A stretch of 32,000 bases of DNA, taken from contig JBBISB010000001.1 of assembly GCA_037441475.1 (NCBI GenBank), positions 607,465-639,464 of the forward strand, given 5' to 3'. The position numbers and the translations under genes are program-made. Source of the DNA: Candidatus Iainarchaeum sp. (GTDB taxonomy: Archaea; Iainarchaeota; Iainarchaeia; Iainarchaeales; CSSED10-239). Shown here piece after piece: positions 1 to 8,441 of this stretch. Each line of letters begins with the position of its first letter. Within the stretch, counting starts at the first letter, position 1. The notes under the pieces are model-generated. The model was not told the origin of the DNA. It ran no database searches and saw only the letters and a list, made by a program, of their open reading frames with translations.

Positions 1-1
1 C

Positions 2-154
2 TTACTAATCATCTTTGCTATAGCTTTAATCATCTACTACATTTCAATGCTTTATAATTTTGTAAAGAACATGTATGATTTTGAGATTGCAGGAAATCTT
101 TTAATGACTCTTGTTATCTTAATAGTAATGGTTCTTTTCTCAACAATCCTTTAA
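2..154 (+). CDS. C-terminal end of a hydrophobic membrane protein (partial, runs off the left edge)
   Basis: Open frame from base 2 to TAA at 152-154: LLIIFAIALIIYYISMLYNFVKNMYDFEIAGNLLMTLVILIVMVLFSTIL*, two predicted TM stretches. Confidence 0.5.
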   Translation, partial: LLIIFAIALIIYYISMLYNFVKNMYDFEIAGNLLMTLVILIVMVLFSTIL

Positions 155-214
155 TTTTTTATTTTTTTTAAAAAATAATAAAAGGATAAGTTATAAAGCA
201 AAAATAGGTTTTTC

Positions 215-2632
215 ATGATAAAAGAAATAAAAAAAGAAACTGGTGTTTTCTTAACTTCCTTTTATGATGAGGGCATTTATGTAACTATTAAAGATGAGAA
301 AGGTATTAAAAAAAATCTCTTTTATGACTTCTCTCCTTACCTTTACCTTGTTTCTGAAAAACCATTAACTGAAGAAGATTGTTTTCTTCTTATTAATTCT
401 TTAAAAAATCTCTTAGAGATTATAAAAACAGAAAAAGAAAACTTCAATAACTGTTATAAACTTCTCTTTAAAGACATTGATTCCTTTCTTTCTTCAAGAG
501 AACATTTAAAAGAAACAAATCTTTCTTCTTCCTTTAAGCTTAAGGAATATGATATTCCTTTTATACAAAGGTTCTTTATAGACAACTCCCTTTCTTGTTT
601 TAAAAAAATCACTTACACTTACAAGGAAGATAAACTACTTTCTTTTGAGATTTTAGAGGACATCTCTCCAGAGTCTTTGTCTCACCTAACCTTTGATATT
701 GAGGTCCTTCCTCCAAACGACTTGTCTTTTCCAGAGCCAAAGTCTTCTCCAATTCTTTCAATATGCACAATGGATGAAGCCTACAACTACAAGGTTTTTT
801 TCTTAAAGGACATTTCCTTTAAAGAAGAGGACTTTTATAAGTCTTTTAAAAAAGAAAAAACAGAGGTGTTCTTTTTCACAGACGAGTCTTTAATGATAGA
901 TGCTTTTTTTAAACATCTAGAAACAAAAGACCCTGATTTGCTTTTCACATATAACGGAGATCGTTTTGATTTTGAGTATATCTATAAAAGATATAAAACC
1001 ATTAAGTCTCAAGAGATTAATTTTTCAAAAAAAATAACCTTTCATAAAAGAGGAAATACTTCTGTCTCCATTGATAACATAATCCATATTGACACATATA
1101 TCTTAATGAGGCTCTTAAACTATCTTCAGGTCTTTAACTACTCAAAGCTTGACCTTAACTCTGTTTATGCAAAGATAACTGGTAATAAAAAAATTATTTT
1201 AAAGGTAAAGGACTTTATAGACCTTTACTCTTCTCAAGAGTACAGTAAGATAATAGAGTATAACATGGATGATGTTTATGCCACTTACTATCTTTCCATA
1301 AACTATCTTTCAATAGTTAATGAAATTTCAAAACTAATCTCTTCCCCTATCTATGATACCTTAAGGACATCAGCAGGGCAGATGATAGAAAAGCTTTTCA
1401 TTTACAATTACTTTAAGAAAAACATTATTCTAGAGGAAAGACCAGGTCCTAATACCATTTCAAGAAGGTATGAGTATAGCTTTACTGGTGCTTTTGTAAA
1501 AGCCCCTTTAGTTGGCTTGCATGAAAACATTGCTGTTGTAGATTTTAGAAGCTACCATATATCTATTTTAATGGCATACAACATAAGCCCAGAAACAATA
1601 AACATTCCATGTAAAGATTTTGAAGAGATTTTAGGTTATAAAATATCTAAAGACAAAAAAGGCTTTGTTCCTGGGCTTTTAGAAAACTTCTTATCTTTAA
1701 GGGTTTCAATTAAAAATCAAATGAAAACTTTTCCAAAAGACTCTCAAGAGTATAAAAGTCTTTATGCAAAGCAGTTTGCTTTAAAGATACTTCTTGCTTC
1801 AACCTATGGTTACATGGGTTTTTCAGGTGCAAGATGGTACTGTAGACCTTGCCTTGAGATAATGTATCATTTGGTAAGAACAAAGATACAGGAGACAATT
1901 GATCTTTTCATTTCCCGAGGGTATACTGTTGTATACGGGGACACAGACTCTTGTTTTATAAAGTTTGAAGATAAAGAAAAACTTTCAAAGGACATAGAAA
2001 AAATAAATAAATCACTTCCTTCTTTAATGTCTCTTGAAACAGAGGGCTTTTTTAAAAGCGGTTTGTTTGTTCTCTCAAGAGATAAAACAAAGGGGGCTAA
2101 GAAAAAATACGCTCTTCTAGCAGAGGACGGTTCTTTAAAGATAAAGGGCTTTGAGTTTGTAAGAAGGGATTGGTGCTTTCTTGTAAAGGAAACACAAAAA
2201 GAACTTTTCAATATTCTTTTAGAAGAAAAAGATGTTAAAAAAGCAGTTGAGTATGTAAGAGGGGTAATAAAGGATCTTGAAAATAAGAAAGTTCCTTTGC
2301 AAAAATTAGTTCTTCAAGCATTCATTCATAAAAACATTAAAAGCTATAAAATCATAAACCCTGCAATGTCAGCTTTACTTTATGCTAAAAAGAACGGAGA
2401 AAAAATAAAAGAAAAAGATTTAATAGAGTACATCATAACAAACCATGCTTCTAAAAACATCTCAGACAAAGCAAGGCTTTACCAAGAGGGAGTTTCTCTT
2501 GATTATGATGTTTCCTACTATCTTGATAACCAGCTTCTCCCTTCTGTTATCTCCATTCTAGAGGTCTTTAACATCTCAAAGGATGAACTTTTAACTGGTA
2601 AAAAACAAAAGGGTTTAAATGATTTCTTTTAA
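215..2632 (+). CDS. polB: Family B DNA polymerase, 805 aa, with 3'-5' exonuclease motifs
   Basis: Exo I FDIEVLPP, Exo II YNGDRFDFEY, Exo III YNMDDVYATY, motif A VVDFRSYHISIL (variant), motif B KILLASTYGYMGFSGARWYC (variant), motif C YGDTDSCF, late KKKYALL. Confidence 0.95.
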   Translation: MIKEIKKETGVFLTSFYDEGIYVTIKDEKGIKKNLFYDFSPYLYLVSEKPLTEEDCFLLINSLKNLLEIIKTEKENFNNCYKLLFKDIDSFLSSREHLKETNLSSSFKLKEYDIPFIQRFFIDNSLSCFKKITYTYKEDKLLSFEILEDISPESLSHLTFDIEVLPPNDLSFPEPKSSPILSICTMDEAYNYKVFFLKDISFKEEDFYKSFKKEKTEVFFFTDESLMIDAFFKHLETKDPDLLFTYNGDRFDFEYIYKRYKTIKSQEINFSKKITFHKRGNTSVSIDNIIHIDTYILMRLLNYLQVFNYSKLDLNSVYAKITGNKKIILKVKDFIDLYSSQEYSKIIEYNMDDVYATYYLSINYLSIVNEISKLISSPIYDTLRTSAGQMIEKLFIYNYFKKNIILEERPGPNTISRRYEYSFTGAFVKAPLVGLHENIAVVDFRSYHISILMAYNISPETINIPCKDFEEILGYKISKDKKGFVPGLLENFLSLRVSIKNQMKTFPKDSQEYKSLYAKQFALKILLASTYGYMGFSGARWYCRPCLEIMYHLVRTKIQETIDLFISRGYTVVYGDTDSCFIKFEDKEKLSKDIEKINKSLPSLMSLETEGFFKSGLFVLSRDKTKGAKKKYALLAEDGSLKIKGFEFVRRDWCFLVKETQKELFNILLEEKDVKKAVEYVRGVIKDLENKKVPLQKLVLQAFIHKNIKSYKIINPAMSALLYAKKNGEKIKEKDLIEYIITNHASKNISDKARLYQEGVSLDYDVSYYLDNQLLPSVISILEVFNISKDELLTGKKQKGLNDFF

Positions 2633-3534
2633 AACTTCTTTTGAAACTGGTTAACCCAAAAGGAAAGTGTCTCAGGAGAGAATACCCCTTCTTCTGTTAT
2701 AAACTTATTTATCAAGTCACTTGGAACAATATCAAAGGCTGGGTTTCTAATTTTAAGTTTTTCAGGTCTTGTTTCTTTTTCCCAAACTTCATCAATATCT
2801 CTTTCTTCCACACTTTGAACAAATGACAAAAGATCGTTTGTTTCAACACAGTGTGTTGAGGTTAAAACAACATGGCTTGTCTTAAATTCTTTTGAAGCAA
2901 GACTAATAGCATGTGTCCCTAGTTTATTCATAATTGATCCGTCTGAAAAAACAACATCTGCTCCTGTAAAAAAATAATCAATTGGCTTAAGATAATGAGT
3001 AACTGATGCGTCTGTTATAAGTGTTGTCTTTATACCGTAATCAGAAAGATTTTTAGCAGTTATTCTTCCTTGATACCTTGGTCTTGTCTCTGTACAAAAA
3101 ACTTCAAAATCAATTCCTCTATCAAAGGCTTTCTTAAAAGCATTCTCAACTAAGGTAGAGTGGCAGTGTGTTAATACCTTTGATCCATTAACAATCAATT
3201 GAGAGGCCATCTCTGATATCCTTAAATTACCATCTTCTGTTTTTTCTTGGTATTTTTCAATCTCTAAAACAAGCTCTTCTGTGTTATTTGAATTCTTTTT
3301 AATCTTTTGATAAATATAGCTCATGGAGTTTCTAAGCTTAGGCTCGTTTGGTCTTTGGATAACCAAGTGATTAATATTCTCTTTTATCTCTAAAATAAGA
3401 TTTTCTCCAAGCTTATCTGTATGTCTTAAATACTCTAAAATACCTTTGATGGCTGCAATTTCAATGTTACTTGCCCCTTGTATCTTAATATCTTTGATGT
3501 CTTTTGCTATTTTTTGTATGTTTTTATCTATCAT
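2629..3534 (-). CDS. eIF2B-alpha-like / ribose-1,5-bisphosphate isomerase family protein
   Basis: GADVVFSDGSIMNKLGTHAISLASKEF and VVLTSTHCVETN resemble the archaeal eIF2B-like R15P isomerase family; CTETRPRYQGR motif. RBS-like GGTGAT lies upstream. Confidence 0.85.
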   Translation of the reverse strand: MIDKNIQKIAKDIKDIKIQGASNIEIAAIKGILEYLRHTDKLGENLILEIKENINHLVIQRPNEPKLRNSMSYIYQKIKKNSNNTEELVLEIEKYQEKTEDGNLRISEMASQLIVNGSKVLTHCHSTLVENAFKKAFDRGIDFEVFCTETRPRYQGRITAKNLSDYGIKTTLITDASVTHYLKPIDYFFTGADVVFSDGSIMNKLGTHAISLASKEFKTSHVVLTSTHCVETNDLLSFVQSVEERDIDEVWEKETRPEKLKIRNPAFDIVPSDLINKFITEEGVFSPETLSFWVNQFQKKF

Positions 3535-3652
3535 TTGGCATCACCTTTTATAATAATGGTTAACCATATTATATTTAAAGGTTTCCTCACTATAATATAT
3601 AATATACTTATTTTCGATTATGATTTATTATATTTATTGAGGTGAAAATATC

Positions 3653-4708
3653 TTGACTACAAATCAACAAACCAATGCAGAGCTAGAGGAATTTTTAAAT
3701 GCATCATTACCTAAAATATGTGTTATAGGTGCAGGTGGAAGTGGAAACAACACTATTGAGAGATTAACAAATGTAGGTGTAGAGGGTGCCTTTACAGTTG
3801 CCTTAAACACAGATGCTCAAGCTTTAATAAGAGTTAATGCTGATAAAAAAATATTAATAGGTAAAAAAACAACCAAGGGCCTAGGTGCAGGATCAAACCC
3901 TGATGTTGGTGCTTCAGCTGCTGAAGAGTCAAAGGATGAACTAATGGATGTTATAAAAGGAAAAGATTTAGTTTTTGTAACATGTGGTCTTGGTGGAGGG
4001 ACAGGTACAGGTGCTGCTCCAGTTGTTGCAAGACTTGCAAAAGAACAAGGCTCCTTAACAATAGGTGTTGCAACCTTACCATTCGCTGTTGAAGGTAAAA
4101 AAAGAATTGAGAATGCCTTAGCTGGTCTTGATAAGTTAAAAAAAGAAGTTGATACTTTAATAATAGTTCCAAACGATAAGATTTTAGAGATTGCTCCTGA
4201 TCTTCCATTAAATGTTGCTTTCCAAGAGGTTGATAAAATCTTAACAGAGAGTGTAAAGGGTATTGTTGAACTTATAACAAGAGCAGGAATAATTAATCTT
4301 GATTTTGCTGATCTAAGAACCATTCTTTCAAAAGGCGGAATGGCAATGATAGGTGTTGGAGAATCAAATATTGAGAAAGGAAATGATGCAAGAGCAATGG
4401 AAGCTGTTGAAAATGCTTTAACCTCTCCTCTTTTAGATATTGATATTTCAAGTTCTACAAAGGCCTTAGTAAATGTTATTGGTGGTTCTGACTTAACCAT
4501 TAAAGAAGCTGAACTAATAGTTGATACTGTTGCTTTAAAGATAAATGAGGATGCTCACATTATCTGGGGTGCAATGATAGATGATAACCTTGCAAACAAG
4601 AAAGTTAAAGTTATGGTTGTTATTGCAGGTGCACATATACCTTACCTTGAAGATGGTTATGATTCCATGGACTCAAGGAGCATGGATCTTGACATAGATA
4701 GTGTTTAA
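3653..4708 (+). CDS. ftsZ: Cell division GTPase FtsZ, TTG start
   Basis: VIGAGGSGNNTIERL, tubulin signature GLGGGTGTGAAPVVA, NTDAQAL; GAGGTGAAAA RBS upstream of TTG 3653. Confidence 0.97.
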   Translation: MTTNQQTNAELEEFLNASLPKICVIGAGGSGNNTIERLTNVGVEGAFTVALNTDAQALIRVNADKKILIGKKTTKGLGAGSNPDVGASAAEESKDELMDVIKGKDLVFVTCGLGGGTGTGAAPVVARLAKEQGSLTIGVATLPFAVEGKKRIENALAGLDKLKKEVDTLIIVPNDKILEIAPDLPLNVAFQEVDKILTESVKGIVELITRAGIINLDFADLRTILSKGGMAMIGVGESNIEKGNDARAMEAVENALTSPLLDIDISSSTKALVNVIGGSDLTIKEAELIVDTVALKINEDAHIIWGAMIDDNLANKKVKVMVVIAGAHIPYLEDGYDSMDSRSMDLDIDSV

Positions 4709-4767
4709 TGATTTTTTTTAAATAAAAAAATTATAAGTGATATAAAAAAAGAAAAGTGAAAAAAAAT

Positions 4768-4944
4768 ATGTCTAAATTAATAAATAACTTAAAAGATTTT
4801 TTTGCATCCTCAAGAAGGATCTTAAACATCTCTCAAAAACCTACCTCAAAGGAATTCTGGTTTATGGCAAAGATTATTGCTCTTGGTATAGTTGTTATTG
4901 GTATAATAGGGTATCTTGTAAAGTTAATTGCAAGTTTTTTTTAA
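4768..4944 (+). CDS. secE: Preprotein translocase subunit SecE / Sec61-gamma
   Basis: Short protein MSKLINNLKDFFASSRRILNISQKPTSKEFWFMAKIIALGIVVIGIIGYLVKLIASFF, single C-terminal TM, located between ftsZ and spt5. The ORF track starts at a GTG at 4756, but that GTG sits in the RBS-like GTGA, so ATG 4768 is favoured. Confidence 0.88.
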   Translation: MSKLINNLKDFFASSRRILNISQKPTSKEFWFMAKIIALGIVVIGIIGYLVKLIASFF

Positions 4945-4970
4945 AAATATAAAGAAGAATGTGGAAAAAT

Positions 4971-5408
4971 ATGATTTTTACAATTAGAACAACAGTTGGT
5001 CAAGAAAAAGTAATTATGGACCTTTTATCAAACAAGGCAAAACAAGATGAACTTGAAGTTTATTCTGTTGTTGAAATGGCTGACCTTAAAGGTTATCTTT
5101 TAGTAGAGGCTGATTCTAAAAAAACAGTTGAAATTTTAGTTCATAATGTTCCACACATCAAAGGTGGAAAGATTGTTGAAGGTAACATAAATATTAAAGA
5201 GATTGCTGGTGTTTTAGAATCAAGACCTTTAATGTCTTCTATAAAACCTGGACAAACTGTTGAGATAATCCTAGGCCCTTTTAAAGGTTCTAGAGCAAAA
5301 GTTATTAGAATCAATCTTGCAAAGGAAGAAGTTATAATTGAGCTTTTCGATGCAAGTGTTAAGATCCCAATAACAATAAAAGCAGAAAATATAAAATTAT
5401 TAAATTAA
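4971..5408 (+). CDS. spt5: Transcription elongation factor Spt5 / NusG
   Basis: MIFTIRTTVGQEKVIMDLL, KGYLLVEAD and a KOW region VEIILGPFKGSRAKVIRI. The track starts at 4959 (MWKN); internal ATG 4971 matches the usual family start. Confidence 0.93.
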   Translation: MIFTIRTTVGQEKVIMDLLSNKAKQDELEVYSVVEMADLKGYLLVEADSKKTVEILVHNVPHIKGGKIVEGNINIKEIAGVLESRPLMSSIKPGQTVEIILGPFKGSRAKVIRINLAKEEVIIELFDASVKIPITIKAENIKLLN

Positions 5409-5437
5409 AATAAAAAGGAAAAAAAAGTGATTAATAT

Positions 5438-5908
5438 ATGCCTACAATAAAAGTTTTAGTTGAAGCTGGAAAAGCAAACGCTGGTCCTCCAATCGGTCCT
5501 GCTTTAGGTCCATTAGGAGTTAACACAATGAGTGTTGTTAATAAAATAAATGAGGATACAAAGCATCTTAATGGTATGGAAATTCCTGTTAAGATACACA
5601 TTGACTCTAAGAAAAATTTCACAATTGAGCTAGGATCTCCACAAACAGGTGCTTTAATAAAAAAAGAACTTGGAATTAAAAAAGGCTCTTCAAAAGCAGG
5701 TATAGATGTTCCTGGAAATTTAACTTTTGAACAAGTTTTAAAAATAACAAATGCTAAATACTCTCAATTAGTCTCAAAATCTAAAAAATCTGCTGTTAAA
5801 GAGATTTTAGGTTCTTGTAGAGCAATGGGAATAACTGTTGACAATCTTCCTGTTTCAGAAGTTGTAACAATGGTAAACCACGGAGATTACGATTCTAAAT
5901 TAAAATAA
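5438..5908 (+). CDS. rpl11: Large ribosomal subunit protein uL11
   Basis: IKVLVEAGKANAGPPIGPALGPLGVNTMSVVNKIN...; GTGAT RBS upstream. Confidence 0.97.
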   Translation: MPTIKVLVEAGKANAGPPIGPALGPLGVNTMSVVNKINEDTKHLNGMEIPVKIHIDSKKNFTIELGSPQTGALIKKELGIKKGSSKAGIDVPGNLTFEQVLKITNAKYSQLVSKSKKSAVKEILGSCRAMGITVDNLPVSEVVTMVNHGDYDSKLK

Positions 5909-6031
5909 GGAATCTTTTCTTTTTTTCTTCTTTTTTTATTATTTTCTAAAAACAAAAAGCTTTTTATTACTTAACTACTATATATTTATTAGTTTTTTTA
6001 TAAATATATTTAAGTATAAGGGTGATTTAAT

Positions 6032-6526
6032 TTGAAAAATAAAATATTTTTTGCAATCTTCTCGTTTTTAGTTATTTTTTTAATGTCTTTTCAAGTAGCA
6101 GCATACACAGACTATGCCTTAACAGATATTGTTCTTCCAAACACAGTAAGAGCAGGACAAGATCTTAATGCTACGTTTATAATCACCTCAAACTCAGCTG
6201 GAAATGTTAATGTTGATGTTAATGTCTATTCTCCACAAGGAAACCTTATTGGCACTTTTCCTCGTAATATGAGTGTGGGCACAAATAATTTTTCTCTTTC
6301 AATAGCAAATGACTTAAACTTCTCAACACAACCATACATGATAAGAGGTTTAATCTCAACAGGAGATGATAACCCTACAAACAACATCTACAGTAAATAT
6401 TTTACAGTTGCAAAGTCCACAGATAAGATCCCAGTAAGTGATCTTCCTTTATTTTCAGGAATCATAGTTGCTTTACTTTTCTTATTTGTACTTTCATATA
6501 CCAAAACTTCTAAAAAGAAAAAATGA
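6032..6526 (+). CDS. Small secreted/membrane-anchored protein with a beta-rich (CARDB-like) ectodomain
   Basis: N-terminal signal peptide IFFAIFSFLVIFLMSFQVAAY, ectodomain ending before a C-terminal TM and KKKK tail; GGTGAT at 6021-6026 upstream of TTG 6032. Confidence 0.55.
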   Translation: MKNKIFFAIFSFLVIFLMSFQVAAYTDYALTDIVLPNTVRAGQDLNATFIITSNSAGNVNVDVNVYSPQGNLIGTFPRNMSVGTNNFSLSIANDLNFSTQPYMIRGLISTGDDNPTNNIYSKYFTVAKSTDKIPVSDLPLFSGIIVALLFLFVLSYTKTSKKKK

Positions 6527-6532
6527 TAATTA

Positions 6533-7453
6533 ATGACAGAACAGTATGATTTAAAACTTTTAAAAAAAGCAGGTGAACTTAATCTCAAAACTCAAAAGTA
6601 TGCCCAAAAAATAATAAAGGTTGGGTGTGATCTTTCAAGAGTTGGTGTTGAGATAGATAAGTACATCTTAGATAACGGTGCAGTCCCAGCATGGCCAGTT
6701 AACCTTTCAATCAACAATGAGGCTGCCCACAACTCCTATGATTTAGAAAACCCAGTCATCTTAAAAGAAGAGGATATCTTAAAGGTGGATGTTGGAGTTT
6801 CCATGGATGGCTTTATAGCAGACTCAGCTCAAACAATAATCTTTAATAAAAAACATGAGGCCTTAAAGGATGCAAGTTTAAAGGCTCTTTCTTCTGTTAA
6901 AAAATATTTAATTGATAATTACAAAACAGGAAAAATATCTGACATAGGAAAAATCATTGAACAGGAAATAACCTCTCGTGGCTTTAAACCAATCAGAAAC
7001 CTAACTGGTCATGCTATTGAAAGGTTTGAACCACATGCCTCTCCAGCTATCCCTAACACAATAAACGATATGCACATTCCTTTAACAGAGATAAATCTTC
7101 CCTTTGCAGTTGAACCTTTTGCCTCAACTGGTGATGGTTTTGTAACTGAGGCTGAAAAGATATTAATCTTTCAACATATAGAGGATAGGCCAATAAGAAA
7201 CAAGGATGCAAAATTACTTTTAGAGGAGATACACAAGTATCAAGGAACTCCTTTCTCAGAATACTGGATAGGTAAGACATTAAACACTTTCCAAAAAAGA
7301 TATGCTTTAAGAGAGCTTTTAAAAAATGAAATCATCTCAAGCTTCCCTGTCTTAGTTGATAGAAAGAACAGTTTTGTTTCTCAAGCAGAAACAACCTTTG
7401 TTATTGACAAAAAAGAAGGTCTTATAGATTTGGTGAAAATTGATGAGTTATAG
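6533..7453 (+). CDS. map: Methionine aminopeptidase type II
   Basis: GAVPAWPVNLSINNEAAHNSYD, VDVGVSMDGFIADSAQT, GHAIERFEPHASPAIPN, IFQHIEDRP. Confidence 0.95.
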   Translation: MTEQYDLKLLKKAGELNLKTQKYAQKIIKVGCDLSRVGVEIDKYILDNGAVPAWPVNLSINNEAAHNSYDLENPVILKEEDILKVDVGVSMDGFIADSAQTIIFNKKHEALKDASLKALSSVKKYLIDNYKTGKISDIGKIIEQEITSRGFKPIRNLTGHAIERFEPHASPAIPNTINDMHIPLTEINLPFAVEPFASTGDGFVTEAEKILIFQHIEDRPIRNKDAKLLLEEIHKYQGTPFSEYWIGKTLNTFQKRYALRELLKNEIISSFPVLVDRKNSFVSQAETTFVIDKKEGLIDLVKIDEL

Positions 7454-8411
7454 TGAGGCCTTTTCCAAGAAAGGTATTTTAAAAATTTCTTTAATTGCTT
7501 TTTCAATAGTTATGTGGATGTATTTCTATACTTCCTCAAACATCTCTTTAAAGGCATTAATAGTTTTCAATCTTCCTCTTTTAGTTAATTCCTTTTTAAC
7601 CCTAGACTTTTTATTCTTACTTCTATTCTTCCCAGTCACTTCTGCCATATGTATAGCCCTTTCCATTGGTAAACAAAGAAACCTAGATTTACTAGAGGTT
7701 TTCTTAGGTATAGCAAGTGGTTTTTTAATTTCTTTTATATTTTTTGGTTTTTCATTAAATTTCTTAATATTCATACTCTTCTACACAGCAGCTCACCTAA
7801 TCTTATCTCTCTTAACATACAATAAGTTTAAGGAAAGAGATAAGCTTAGTGTTCTTTCAAACTATGCAAACACAAAGATAAGTCTTCTTTTAACCTTAGC
7901 TTTATTTCTGGTTGTTTTTTTAATAATTTTACCAAACCAAGCAAGCTATGCTCAAGGAATGCAAGAGGGTATTGTTAATGTTTTTGTAGGTGAGGACATA
8001 GGTAACTGGCTTGGAACCTCTTACAGCATAAGTAAAGCAAGCACAGTTTCAGCTGTTAATTTTATTGTTGACTCTCCAGAGTTTAGAGATTTAAAAAGAG
8101 TGCAAGACCCTGTTGTTTACAAGTATGTTGATTATTTAGAGGATTTACAAGCAGAAGCTTCTAAAAAAACAACTAAAGAAGATATTGAAAAGATATATGC
8201 AAACCTAAACACAACTGAGATTAAAACACAAGTCTTAAGTGCAATTTCAAGCATGCCTCTAATGATAGTTGTAACAAAGTTCTTTGCTTTGTTTTATGCT
8301 TTAATAATAGCTTCAATGGCTCAGATTTATTTTTCAATTTCATTTTCTTTATTTGGTTTATTGTATGTTTTTATTTTCTCAAAGGTTTTTAATAACAAGA
8401 GGGATGAGTAA
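7443..8411 (+). CDS. Polytopic membrane protein (Yip1-like topology, unassigned)
   Basis: Multiple hydrophobic segments with one central extracytoplasmic stretch. The track starts at TTG 7440; ATG 7443 follows directly. Confidence 0.5.
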   Translation: MSYSEAFSKKGILKISLIAFSIVMWMYFYTSSNISLKALIVFNLPLLVNSFLTLDFLFLLLFFPVTSAICIALSIGKQRNLDLLEVFLGIASGFLISFIFFGFSLNFLIFILFYTAAHLILSLLTYNKFKERDKLSVLSNYANTKISLLLTLALFLVVFLIILPNQASYAQGMQEGIVNVFVGEDIGNWLGTSYSISKASTVSAVNFIVDSPEFRDLKRVQDPVVYKYVDYLEDLQAEASKKTTKEDIEKIYANLNTTEIKTQVLSAISSMPLMIVVTKFFALFYALIIASMAQIYFSISFSLFGLLYVFIFSKVFNNKRDE

Positions 8412-8441
8412 ATTTTTATTTACAAAAAAAAGGATTATAAT

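Noticed and set aside
1710-2211. Minus-strand ORFs inside polB (1710-1898, 1867-2211)
   Set aside because: Antisense shadows of the polymerase coding sequence, with no family resemblance.
215-2632. Possible intein or split in polB
   Set aside because: All polymerase and exonuclease motifs appear in one 805-aa frame with normal spacing and no intein splice motifs.
3817-4500. 227-aa minus-strand ORF inside ftsZ
   Set aside because: Entirely antisense to ftsZ, which has clear family signatures; long antisense frames arise from codon bias.
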